From an uncultured Gemmatimonadales bacterium (GTDB lineage Bacteria; Gemmatimonadota; Gemmatimonadetes; Palauibacterales; Palauibacteraceae): a stretch of 64,000 bases of DNA. Shown in pieces: positions 22,251 to 31,566 of the stretch (position 1 is the stretch's first letter; the number at the start of each line of letters is the position of its first letter). The notes beneath the pieces were generated by a model. The model worked only from the letters and a program-made list of their open reading frames with translations. It ran no database searches and was not told the origin of the DNA. The translations under genes were made by a program, and so were the position numbers. The stretch is taken from assembly GCA_963783385.1 (NCBI GenBank), contig CAWANJ010000009.1, positions 576,001 through 640,000 of the forward strand, given 5' to 3'.

Positions 22251-23628
22251 CGGCGCCCGTACCATCCCGAAGCGGGGGAACCTCCAGGCCTTCCTCCTCC
22301 AGCACTCGTCCCACCTCGTCGTGAATGGCGGCCAGTCCGTCCGCGGATTCCGCCTCGAAGCGGACGACCACCACCGGCTGCGTGTTGCTCGCTCTCACCA
22401 GGGCCCACCCCTCCCCGAAGTCGATACGGGCTCCGTCCAGGTCGAACACCTCCCGCTCGCCTCTGAACCTGTGAGCCACTCGCTCGACCACCTGGAACTT
22501 ACGCTCTTCCGGGCAGTCCAGCCGGAGCTCGGGCGTCGAGGGGTAGTCGGGGATGCGGGCGGCGAGCTCGTCGACCGAGCGGCCCCGACGGGCCACGATG
22601 GCGGCGAGCCGCGCCGCCGCGTAGATCGCATCGTCAAAGCCGAAGTAATTGTCAGCAAAACAAATGTGACCGCTCATCTCACCTGCAAGTAGAGCTGACG
22701 TTCGCCGCATCCGCTCCTTGATGAGGGAGTGGCCGGTCTTCCACATCACCGGTACGCCCCCCTCCGCCCGGATGAGCTCCGGCAGGGCCTTGGAGCACTT
22801 CACGTCGAAGATGACCTCGGCGCCCGGGCGCCGCTCCAGCAGGTCGAGCGCGAACAGGAGGAGGAGGTGGTCACCGCGCACGATGCGGCCCGTCTCGGTG
22901 ACCACGCCGATCCGGTCCGCGTCCCCGTCCAGGCCCACCCCGAAGCCCTCGCCGCGGTCACGCACTCGGGCGATCAGGTCCAGCACGTTCTCGTCGACCG
23001 TCGGATCGGGATGGTGGTTTGGAAACCGTCCGTCCGACTCGCAGTAGAGGGGATCCACGCGCGCCCCCGCCGCCTCGAGGGCCCGCGGCGCCACCACGCT
23101 CCCGGTTCCGTTGCCGCAATCGAGGGTGAGCGCCGTGGGCGGGGAGATCGGAGCCCGCTGCGCGATCACTTCCACGTAACGGTCCAGGATCTCCACGCGC
23201 TCGGTGCGTCCATCCCCGTCGGCGAAATCGTCTGTCTCGATCCGACCCCTGAGCTCCTGAATGTCGTCGCCGTACAGGGCTTCGCCTCCGACGACCATCT
23301 TGAGGCCGTTGTACTCCGGCGGATTGTGCGAGCCCGTGATCTGGATGGCGCCCTCCACCTGCAGGACCCGCTCCGCGAAGTACAGGGCCGGCGTGGGGAC
23401 GGTGCCCAGGAAGCGGACGTCGACGCCCGATCGTTCGAGCCCGTCGCACAGGGCCGCCGCCAGGTCGGGCGAGCTCAGCCGGTTGTCGTGACCCACCGCC
23501 ACGCACGCGCCCGGTCCGAGCCTCGTGGCGAACGCGCGGCCGACGGCCCGGGCCACGTCGAGGGTCAGGTCCTCGCCGACTACGCCGCGGATGTCGTACT
23601 CACGGAAGATCCAGTCGGGGACCTGCAT
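22237..23628 (-). CDS. Phosphomannomutase/phosphoglucomutase
   Basis: IFREYDIRG, TGSHNP, DGDADR, GEMSGH, RASNTQP. Confidence 0.95.
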   Translation of the reverse strand: MQVPDWIFREYDIRGVVGEDLTLDVARAVGRAFATRLGPGACVAVGHDNRLSSPDLAAALCDGLERSGVDVRFLGTVPTPALYFAERVLQVEGAIQITGSHNPPEYNGLKMVVGGEALYGDDIQELRGRIETDDFADGDGRTERVEILDRYVEVIAQRAPISPPTALTLDCGNGTGSVVAPRALEAAGARVDPLYCESDGRFPNHHPDPTVDENVLDLIARVRDRGEGFGVGLDGDADRIGVVTETGRIVRGDHLLLLFALDLLERRPGAEVIFDVKCSKALPELIRAEGGVPVMWKTGHSLIKERMRRTSALLAGEMSGHICFADNYFGFDDAIYAAARLAAIVARRGRSVDELAARIPDYPSTPELRLDCPEERKFQVVERVAHRFRGEREVFDLDGARIDFGEGWALVRASNTQPVVVVRFEAESADGLAAIHDEVGRVLEEEGLEVPPLRDGTGADATG

Positions 23629-23711
23629 GTTCACCTCGATGGAGGAGCGGGACCGTGCGTTCGTGGAGGGAGGGCGCTCGCGGCCCTTCGGAAGGCTCGC
23701 CGGGGCGGCTC

Positions 23712-25292
23712 CTACTCCTGCGCCGCGGCCGCGGCTCGCCGCGGGTGCGCTCCCGGCTTCGCTTCCTGCCGGGCTCCGGGCGCCGTCGATGCGACCGATT
23801 CGGCGGCCGACGGGGCCGAGGCCCCGGTCAGCCCGGCGCTGCCCGCCGCGTTCACGGCCGGTCCGGGCACGAGGCCGGCGACCAGGATGCCCGCCACGCA
23901 CACGACGGCCCCGAAGCGGAAGGCCCGCCCGGTGACGTCCGGCTCGGGCACGTCGGCAGGCGCGTCCTCGAAGTACATCTTCCACACGACCCGGAGGTAG
24001 TAGTAGTAGGCCACCAGGCTGGTGAGGACGAGGATCACGGCCAGGCCCGACTGGTGGGCGCCGACCGCGGCTCGCAGCAGGTAGAGCTTACCCACGAAGC
24101 CGCCCGTGGGCGGGAACCCGGCCAGCGACAGCAGGAAGATCCCCAGCGCTCCGGCGAGCCAGGGCCGGCGCCAGCCCAGGCCGCGGAAATCGGCGAGGTG
24201 GGAGTGTCGGTCACCCTTCCCCGCCACCACGTAGACGACCGCGAAGGCACCCACGGTCATCAGCGTGTAGACCACCAGGTAGAACAGCGCCGCTCCGCGG
24301 CCCAGGGGGCCGCCGGCGGCGACCCCCACCAGGAGGTAGCCGGCGTGCGCCACCGAGCTGTAGGCGAGCATCCGCTTCACGTCATCCTGGACCAGCGCCA
24401 CCAGATTGGGCACGGCCATCGTCAACACGGCCAGCCACCAGATCGTCCCGTGCCAGAATCCCTGGACACTGCCCAGGCTCACCCACAGGACGCGGAACAG
24501 GGCCAGCATCGCCGCGGCCTTCACCCCCGAGGCCATGTACCCGGTCACCGGAGTCGGAGCGCCCTGGTAGGCGTCGGGCGCCCAGGCGTGGAAGGGGACG
24601 GCCGACACCTTGAATCCGAAGCCGATCAGCAGAAGCCCCGCGCCGCCCGCGGTGAGCAACCCAGGATGACCGTGCGAGAGCACCGAGGCCATGCGAACCA
24701 GGTGTGTGGTCCCGGTAGCCCCGTACAGGAGCGCGATGCCATAGATGAAGAACGCGCTCGCGAAGGCCCCGATGAGGAAGTACTTGAGTCCCGCCTCGGC
24801 CGAGCGTGGGTCCTGCCGGTTGAAGGCGGTGAGAACGTAGACCGAGATCGACATCATCTCGAGCCCCAGGAAGATGAGGACCAGATCCTGGGCGCCCGAC
24901 AGCACCATCATGCCCACGCTGGCCAGCAGCACGAGGGCATAGAACTCTCCGATCTCCAGCCCCTCCCGCTTCAGATAGTCGAACGAGAACAGGAGCCCGA
25001 GCAGCGTCGCGCCGAGGATGATGAAGTTGGCCAGCACGCGGAAGCCGTCCAGCGCGACGAGAGCGTCCGGGCCGGCCGGACCGAGCGGGATCAGGGTCAG
25101 GTTGGCCGCCGCCGCCAGCAGCACGCCGATCACGGACAGCCACCGCACGCTCGGCCGGCTCGGTCCCCGGTGCTCGCCTCGCTGGAACACGTCCACCAGC
25201 AGCACCACGACGGCCGATACCGTCAGCACGATCTCCGGGAGGAGCGTCCTCAGGAAACCGACCTGGCCCGCCACGTCCGCCGCTCCGCTCAC
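23712..25292 (-). CDS. nuoN: NADH-quinone oxidoreductase subunit N
   Basis: EAGLKYF, FKVSAVPFHAWAPDAYQGAP, KRMLAYSS. Confidence 0.95.
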   Translation of the reverse strand: MSGAADVAGQVGFLRTLLPEIVLTVSAVVVLLVDVFQRGEHRGPSRPSVRWLSVIGVLLAAAANLTLIPLGPAGPDALVALDGFRVLANFIILGATLLGLLFSFDYLKREGLEIGEFYALVLLASVGMMVLSGAQDLVLIFLGLEMMSISVYVLTAFNRQDPRSAEAGLKYFLIGAFASAFFIYGIALLYGATGTTHLVRMASVLSHGHPGLLTAGGAGLLLIGFGFKVSAVPFHAWAPDAYQGAPTPVTGYMASGVKAAAMLALFRVLWVSLGSVQGFWHGTIWWLAVLTMAVPNLVALVQDDVKRMLAYSSVAHAGYLLVGVAAGGPLGRGAALFYLVVYTLMTVGAFAVVYVVAGKGDRHSHLADFRGLGWRRPWLAGALGIFLLSLAGFPPTGGFVGKLYLLRAAVGAHQSGLAVILVLTSLVAYYYYLRVVWKMYFEDAPADVPEPDVTGRAFRFGAVVCVAGILVAGLVPGPAVNAAGSAGLTGASAPSAAESVASTAPGARQEAKPGAHPRRAAAAAQE

Positions 25293-26905
25293 GACCCGCG
25301 CTCCGGGGCCGGCGCGGGCGCGACCGGTGCGACGGCGGAGGCGGTCGCCGCGTACGCCTCGCTCCCCAGGCGCACGCCCGGCGGGAGGGCACGCTCCGCC
25401 CGTGCCGTGGGGGTCGACGGGAGCATGTCGACTCGCTGCAGGACACGGTCGACGGCCGGGGCCAGCCGGTCGAGGAAGGGCTTCGGATACACGCCGATCA
25501 GCAGGATGAGCGCCAGGAGGGGCACGAGGATGGCGCGCTCCCGTCCACCCAGGTCTTCGAGCTCGCGGTTCTCCTGCCGGTCCAGCGGGTTCAGGATCAA
25601 CCGCTGCACCATGGGCAGCATGTAGCAGGCGGCGAAGATCACCCCGGTGGTCGCGATCAGCGTAGCCAGCGGGTGGGTCCGGAAGGTGCCGACCAGGATC
25701 AGGAACTCGCCCACGAACCCGTTGGTCCCCGGGAGCCCGATCGAGCTCAGCGCCACGACGACCAGACACACCGCGAATACCGGCATCACCTTCGCGAGGC
25801 CGCCGAAGTCGGCGATGGCCCGCGTATGCCGGCGCTCGTACAGCATGCCGATGAGGAGGAAGAGCGCTCCCGTGGAGATGCCGTGGTTGACCATCTGGAG
25901 GATGCCGCCCTGGAGGCCCTCGGCCGTGAACCCGAACACGCCGAGCATGACGAAGCCCAGGTGGGCCACGGACGTATAGGCGACCAGCTTCTTGGCGTCC
26001 GGCTGCACCGCGGCCACCCAGGCCGCGTACAGGATCCCGATCACCGCCAGCGTCACGAACAGCCCCACCACGGCGTGGCTCGTAGCCGCCTTCGGGAACA
26101 GCGGAATCCCGAACCGGAGGAAGCCGTAGGTCCCCATCTTCAGGAGGATACCGGCCAGCACCACCGAGCCCGCCGTGGGCGCCTCCGTGTGAGCGTCGGG
26201 CAGCCACGTGTGCAGCGGGAACATCGGGACCTTGATCGCGAAGGCCAGCGCGAAGGCCGCGAACAGCCAGAACTGGAGCGGTCTCGCGATCGGCGTGTTC
26301 AGCAGCGCCCCGTAGGCGAACGTGACCGTCCCCGAGCTCCTCCAGTGCAGGTACACCAGGCCGGCGATCGCCACCAGCATGAGGAGCGAGCCCACGGTCG
26401 TGTATAGGAAGAACTTGATCGCCGCGTAGAGCCGCCGCTCCCCGCCCCAGATCCCGATGATGAAGTACATCGGGACCAGCATGAGCTCCCAGAACACATA
26501 GAACAGGAACATGTCCAGGGCCATGAACACGCCCAGCATCCCGGTCGTGAGGACCAGCATGCTGGCGTAGTAGGCGGGCCGGTGGCGGTCAATGTAGCGG
26601 AAGGAGCCGGCCACGGCGAGGGGCATGATCACCACCGTGAGCAGCACCATGAGCAGGGAGATCCCGTCGATCCCGACGCGGTAGCCGATCCCCCAGGCCC
26701 CGATCCAGGGCACCGACACCGAGTTCTGGAAGCTTCCCGCCCCGATGCGGAACGTCCAGAACAGGGGCAGCGCCAGGGCCGCCTCCAGCACCGTGGTCCA
26801 CAGGGCCACCCGGCCGGCGCGCTCGCCCGACACGCCGAGGCAGGCGACCGCCCCCGCGAGGGGAATCGCCAGCAGGCACGTCAGGATCCAGTGCGAATGG
26901 TACAT
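25289..26905 (-). CDS. nuoM: NADH-quinone oxidoreductase subunit M
   Basis: FWELMLVPMY, PLHTWLPDAHTEAP, LLKMGTYG. Confidence 0.96.
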   Translation of the reverse strand: MYHSHWILTCLLAIPLAGAVACLGVSGERAGRVALWTTVLEAALALPLFWTFRIGAGSFQNSVSVPWIGAWGIGYRVGIDGISLLMVLLTVVIMPLAVAGSFRYIDRHRPAYYASMLVLTTGMLGVFMALDMFLFYVFWELMLVPMYFIIGIWGGERRLYAAIKFFLYTTVGSLLMLVAIAGLVYLHWRSSGTVTFAYGALLNTPIARPLQFWLFAAFALAFAIKVPMFPLHTWLPDAHTEAPTAGSVVLAGILLKMGTYGFLRFGIPLFPKAATSHAVVGLFVTLAVIGILYAAWVAAVQPDAKKLVAYTSVAHLGFVMLGVFGFTAEGLQGGILQMVNHGISTGALFLLIGMLYERRHTRAIADFGGLAKVMPVFAVCLVVVALSSIGLPGTNGFVGEFLILVGTFRTHPLATLIATTGVIFAACYMLPMVQRLILNPLDRQENRELEDLGGRERAILVPLLALILLIGVYPKPFLDRLAPAVDRVLQRVDMLPSTPTARAERALPPGVRLGSEAYAATASAVAPVAPAPAPERGS

Positions 26906-26906
26906 C

Positions 26907-28892
26907 CTAGAAGGCCACCGTTCCGAGGATGACCAGCACGCCGACCATGAACAGGAGCAGGTAGGCCCCCAGCCGGCCCGACTGGAGCTGGCTCCCCACC
27001 CAGCCCACCGCCCGGGCTCCCGAGGCCAGCCTGTTCACCGTGCCATCGATGAGCCCGTCGTCCACGATCTTCCAGCACCCCCTCCACAGGGCCATGAGAG
27101 GGCGGACGATGAGCCGGTCGTAGAGCTCGTCCACGTACCACTTGCGGTACAGGACGAGCGACAGCCCGGTGGGCTCGGGGGCCTCCGCCGCCGTCCGGTA
27201 GTGGCGGCGCACCACGGCGAGGAAGATCCACGCGACCACGGCCAGGGCCACTACCGTCGAGATCAGGCCCCAGGTGAGCTCGCCCCCGCCCAGCGGAGCC
27301 GCCGTCGCCGCGGCGCCGCCGTGCGCGGCCATCACGTGATGAGCCGGCTCGAACACGGGGTCCAGCCAGCCCTCGAGTGCGTTGACGTGCGGAAGGGGCA
27401 GCGACTCCGGAATCTGGATCCAGCCGCCCACCAGCGACAGGACCCCGAGCACGACCAGCGGCACCGCCATGGCCAGCGGGGCGCCGTGCAGGTGGCCGCG
27501 GGCGTCTTCCCCGGTGCGGTTCTCGCCCCCGTGGAAGGTGAGCGCCATGAGGCGCGCCATGTAGCCGGCCGTCAGGAAGGCGGCCACCAGCGCCACGCCC
27601 CACAGGAGCGGGTAGCCCAGCACGCCAGACTTCCAGATCACCTCGTCCTTGGAGAAGAAGCCCGCGAACGGGAACACCCCCGAGATGGCCAGGGTGGCCG
27701 ACCACATCGTGATCCAGGTGACCGGCATCCAGCGGCGCAGGTCGCCGTGGTTGCGCATGTCGTTGGGATCGCCGCCGTGCCGGCCCGCCTCGTGCCAGGC
27801 GTGCTCGACCGAGTGGATGACCGCGCCGGCTCCCAGGAAGAGGAGCGCCTTGAAGAAGGCGTGGGTCATGAGGTGGAAGATGCCCGCCGTGAAGGCTCCC
27901 ACGCCGACCGCCAGGAACATGTAGCCCAGCTGGGAGATCGTGCTGTAGGCCAGCACCTTCTTGATGTCCCACTGCTGGGTGGCGATGGTCGCGGCGAACA
28001 GGGCCGTGCCCGCGCCCACCGTGGCCACCACCGCCTGGCTCACCGGCGCCAGCGCGAACAGCACGCTGGTGCGAGCCACCAGGTACACGCCCGCCGTCAC
28101 CATCGTGGCGGCATGGATCAGGGCGGAGACCGGCGTCGGACCCGCCATGGCGTCCGGGAGCCACACGTACAGCGGGATCTGGGCCGACTTCCCCATACAC
28201 GCCAGGAACAGGAAGAGCGTGATGAGCGTGGCCCAGACGTCACCGTACTGCAGGTGTCCCGTGGCGGCCGGCAGCACCTGCGAGAAGTCCAGGCTCCCGA
28301 AGATCCCGTAGATGATGAACATGGCGACAAGGAAGCCGAAGTCGCCGATGCGGTTCACGATGAACGCCTTCTTGCCCGCGTTCGAGTAGGCCTCGTTCTC
28401 GTACCAGAAGCCGATCAGCAGGTAGGAGCACAGCCCCACGCCCTCCCAGCCCACGAACATGAGCGGGAAGCTGGCGGCCGTGACCAGGACCAGCATGAAG
28501 AACACGAACAGGTTCAGGTAGGCGAAGTACCGGTTGAAGCCCGGATCGCCCCGCATGTAGCCGATGCTGTAGATGTGGATCAGGGTGCTGACGCCGGTCA
28601 CGATCAGCATCATCACCATGGACAGCCGGTCGAACTGCAGGTCCACGCCCACGTGCAGTCCGCCCGCGGCGATCCAGGTCCACAGCGACACCACCGAGGC
28701 CGCGGTGGTCCCCGAGTCCTTCATGGCGAAGAAGTTGATCGCCACGACCACGAAGGAGGCGCCCACGGCGAGCGGACCGACCCAGCGGGCCACGCGGTGG
28801 TCCTCTCGCCACAGGAACGCACCCACGCCGTTGATGATCGCGCCCGCCAGCGGCAGCGCCAGGACCAGAGCCGGGAGAATCGGGCGGTACAT
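26907..28892 (-). CDS. nuoL: NADH-quinone oxidoreductase subunit L
   Basis: GWEGVGLCSYLLIGF, KSAQIPLYVWLPDAMAGPTPVSALIHAATMV. Confidence 0.96.
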   Translation of the reverse strand: MYRPILPALVLALPLAGAIINGVGAFLWREDHRVARWVGPLAVGASFVVVAINFFAMKDSGTTAASVVSLWTWIAAGGLHVGVDLQFDRLSMVMMLIVTGVSTLIHIYSIGYMRGDPGFNRYFAYLNLFVFFMLVLVTAASFPLMFVGWEGVGLCSYLLIGFWYENEAYSNAGKKAFIVNRIGDFGFLVAMFIIYGIFGSLDFSQVLPAATGHLQYGDVWATLITLFLFLACMGKSAQIPLYVWLPDAMAGPTPVSALIHAATMVTAGVYLVARTSVLFALAPVSQAVVATVGAGTALFAATIATQQWDIKKVLAYSTISQLGYMFLAVGVGAFTAGIFHLMTHAFFKALLFLGAGAVIHSVEHAWHEAGRHGGDPNDMRNHGDLRRWMPVTWITMWSATLAISGVFPFAGFFSKDEVIWKSGVLGYPLLWGVALVAAFLTAGYMARLMALTFHGGENRTGEDARGHLHGAPLAMAVPLVVLGVLSLVGGWIQIPESLPLPHVNALEGWLDPVFEPAHHVMAAHGGAAATAAPLGGGELTWGLISTVVALAVVAWIFLAVVRRHYRTAAEAPEPTGLSLVLYRKWYVDELYDRLIVRPLMALWRGCWKIVDDGLIDGTVNRLASGARAVGWVGSQLQSGRLGAYLLLFMVGVLVILGTVAF

Positions 28893-29197
28893 CACCACTT
28901 CAGCATATCGAAGCGGTCGACGTCGATGTCTCCGTAGTGGCGGAAGGCGGCGATGATGATCGCCAGACCCACGGCGGCCTCGGCCGCCGCCACCGCCATG
29001 ACGAAGAACACGATGATCTGTCCGTCGATCCCGAGGAGCCGCGAGAACGCCACCAGGCTGAGGTTCACGGCGTTGAGCATGAGCTCCACGCACAGGAAGA
29101 CCACGATGGCGTTACGCCTCAGCAGGGCGCCCGTGACGCCGATGGCGAACAGCGCGGCACTCACCAGGAGCGCGACGCGGATCAAGGTCGGAGTCAC
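28892..29197 (-). CDS. nuoK: NADH-quinone oxidoreductase subunit K
   Basis: [22 protein letters not shown]. Confidence 0.96.
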   Translation of the reverse strand: MTPTLIRVALLVSAALFAIGVTGALLRRNAIVVFLCVELMLNAVNLSLVAFSRLLGIDGQIIVFFVMAVAAAEAAVGLAIIIAAFRHYGDIDVDRFDMLKW

Positions 29198-29725
29198 CTA
29201 GGGTGCCTCCTTCCGGGCCAGCACCATGGACCCGACGATCGCCACCAGCAGCAGGAGCGAAGTGACCTCGAACGGCACGAGGTAGGTACGGAACAGCGGG
29301 ACCGCGAGCGCGCCGATCGCTCCCCTGGCCTTCAGGGCGGCCTGGATCGGGTCGGCCGCCTCGCCACCGGAGGCGGTCAGCGGATCGCTCCCCGTCAGCA
29401 GGGTCCACGCCGTGAACGCGGCCAGGGCGATCCCGAACGCGCCGGCCAGCAGCCGGGCCATCGCGCCCCTGAAGTCCGGCAGCTCGGCGTGTCCCAGGTT
29501 GAGGAGCATGACCACGAACAGGAACAGGACCATGATGGCCCCGGCGTAGACGATCACCTGCACCGCGGCGAGGAAGTGCGCCTCGAGCATCACGAACAGC
29601 CCCGCCAGCGAGAACAGCGTGACGATGAGGAACATCACGCTCGACACCGGATTCCGGCTGACCACGACGAACACCGCGCTGAGGAGCGCCGCCGCCGACA
29701 ACAGGAAGAACAGGAATTCGGTCAT
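29198..29725 (-). CDS. nuoJ: NADH-quinone oxidoreductase subunit J
   Basis: QVIVYAGAIMVLFLF, PFEVTS. Confidence 0.95.
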   Translation of the reverse strand: MTEFLFFLLSAAALLSAVFVVVSRNPVSSVMFLIVTLFSLAGLFVMLEAHFLAAVQVIVYAGAIMVLFLFVVMLLNLGHAELPDFRGAMARLLAGAFGIALAAFTAWTLLTGSDPLTASGGEAADPIQAALKARGAIGALAVPLFRTYLVPFEVTSLLLLVAIVGSMVLARKEAP

Positions 29726-29726
29726 G

Positions 29727-30224
29727 TCACTCCGAGGCCGGGTCGGCCGGGTCCCACAGGGCCGTGAACGGCTGGTCCTGGGCGCACAGGCGCTCCAGGT
29801 CGTAGACCCAGCGCTCCCGGGAGTACTCCGAGTTCTCGTAGTGCACGCCCAGGTGGATCGCCTCCACCGGACACACCTCCTGACAGAAGCCGCAGAAGAT
29901 GCAGCGGAACTCGTCGATCTCGTAGACCGCCGCGTAGCGCTCGCCGCTCTCATCCTCGGCGGGGATGAGCTTGATGCAGTTGACCGGGCACACGGTCGGG
30001 CACAGGCCGCACGCCACGCACTTGGCCCGCCCGTCCTCGTGGGTGGCCATCCGGTGCGTTCCGCGCATGCGCGGGGACAGCTCCCACTTCTCGTCGGGGT
30101 ACTGCTGCGTGACGTTCCGTGGGTTGACCATGTGCCGGAAGGTCACGCCCATCCCCTTGAGCGCGGCGCGCACGTAGGAGCCCTTCTCCTCCGGCCGCCG
30201 CATCACCTTCACCTCGCCGGGCAT
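29727..30224 (-). CDS. nuoI: NADH-quinone oxidoreductase subunit I
   Basis: CVACGLCPTVCP and CIFCGFCQEVCP. Confidence 0.96.
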   Translation of the reverse strand: MPGEVKVMRRPEEKGSYVRAALKGMGVTFRHMVNPRNVTQQYPDEKWELSPRMRGTHRMATHEDGRAKCVACGLCPTVCPVNCIKLIPAEDESGERYAAVYEIDEFRCIFCGFCQEVCPVEAIHLGVHYENSEYSRERWVYDLERLCAQDQPFTALWDPADPASE

Positions 30225-30278
30225 GGCCTCAGCCTCGCTCGTCTCGGGTCACGTCGCTCGCCCGACCCCGTCCGTGTC

Positions 30279-31565
30279 TCACGACCGACCCACCGTGGCC
30301 GAGCCGGCCCCGGAGCGCCGGCTGGCGCGCTCCAGCCGGCGCATCACCGTGTAGGCGGCGCCGCGCGCCAGTCGACCCCGATCGATCACGAGCACCAGGA
30401 GGCCGAGGAGGACGACGTTGACGCCCGTCAGGATCGCCGCGTACAGGAGGCCGAAGGGGATGCCGAGCCGGTCCAGGACCAGCACCGAGCCGGCGACCAC
30501 GAACACGTAGGCCGTGGCGGCCACGATCACGAACTTCCAGCCCAGCTCCATGAGCTGATCGTAACGGAAGCGCGGCAGGGTCCACCGGATCCACACGAAC
30601 ACGGTCACCACGAGACTCGTCTTGATCGTGAAGCTCAGGAAGGTGAGGACGGTCTTCCACCAGGTGGGGTCGCCGATCACCGTGCCATCGGCGAGCACGC
30701 GGATGTTGTCCCCGTGCCAGAACGGAATGTCCCAGCCGCCCAGGAAGAACACCGTGATCAGGGCCGCGGTGGTCAGCATGTGCGCGTATTCGCCCAGGAA
30801 GAACATGCCGAACTTCATGGCCGAATACTCGGTGTGGTAGCCGGCGATGAGCTCCGACTCGGCCTCCGGCAGGTCGAACGGGATCCGCTTGGTCTCGGCC
30901 AGACCCGTGATGAAGAACAGGAAGAAGCTCACGCCGAGCGGCAGGAACAGCCACACGCCGAGCGTCGCGGGCCCCTGGCCCGAGAAGCCCTGCTGCAGGG
31001 AGATGAGGTCCGGGATCCGGACGCCGCCTCCGAGCAGCACGATGGGCACCAGGGTGAGCGCGAGGCCGACCTCGTAGCTGATCATCTGCGCCGAGCCGCG
31101 CATCCCGCCCAGGAAAGCGTACTTGCTCCCGGAGGACCACCCCGCCATTACGACCCCGTAGACGCCGAACGACCCGATGGCCAGTACGTACAGGAAGCCC
31201 ACCGGGACATCCGCCACGATCATGTGGACCAGCCCCCAGCCGGTGGGCAGAGGGGAGGCGAAGGGGATGACGGCGAACAGGATGGTCGCGGGCACCATGG
31301 CCAGCATCGGCGCCAGCAGGTAGAACACCGTCAGGGCGGCATCCGGATAGGTCTCCTCCTTGAGGAGGAACTTGATCCCGTCCGCCATGGTCTGCAGGAG
31401 CCCCCACGGACCCACCCGGTTGGGACCGCTCCGGTCCTGGATGAAGCCGGCCACCTTGCGCTCGAACAGGACCAGCCCACCCACCATCAGCATCAGGAGG
31501 GTGAAGAACAGGACGACCTTGAAGATCGTCATCCACAGAAAGTGAGCGCCGGTCAGCGTCTCCAC
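30279..31565 (-). CDS. nuoH: NADH-quinone oxidoreductase subunit H
   Basis: ERKV..IQDRSGPNRVGP, PFDLPEAESEL, TLPRFRYDQLM. Confidence 0.96.
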   Translation of the reverse strand: METLTGAHFLWMTIFKVVLFFTLLMLMVGGLVLFERKVAGFIQDRSGPNRVGPWGLLQTMADGIKFLLKEETYPDAALTVFYLLAPMLAMVPATILFAVIPFASPLPTGWGLVHMIVADVPVGFLYVLAIGSFGVYGVVMAGWSSGSKYAFLGGMRGSAQMISYEVGLALTLVPIVLLGGGVRIPDLISLQQGFSGQGPATLGVWLFLPLGVSFFLFFITGLAETKRIPFDLPEAESELIAGYHTEYSAMKFGMFFLGEYAHMLTTAALITVFFLGGWDIPFWHGDNIRVLADGTVIGDPTWWKTVLTFLSFTIKTSLVVTVFVWIRWTLPRFRYDQLMELGWKFVIVAATAYVFVVAGSVLVLDRLGIPFGLLYAAILTGVNVVLLGLLVLVIDRGRLARGAAYTVMRRLERASRRSGAGSATVGRS

Positions 31566-31566
31566 G

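Noticed and set aside
22631-22700. AT-rich patch as a dif site, given xerD in the window
   Set aside because: No TTATGTTAAA-like XerD arm or dif-like dyad is present.
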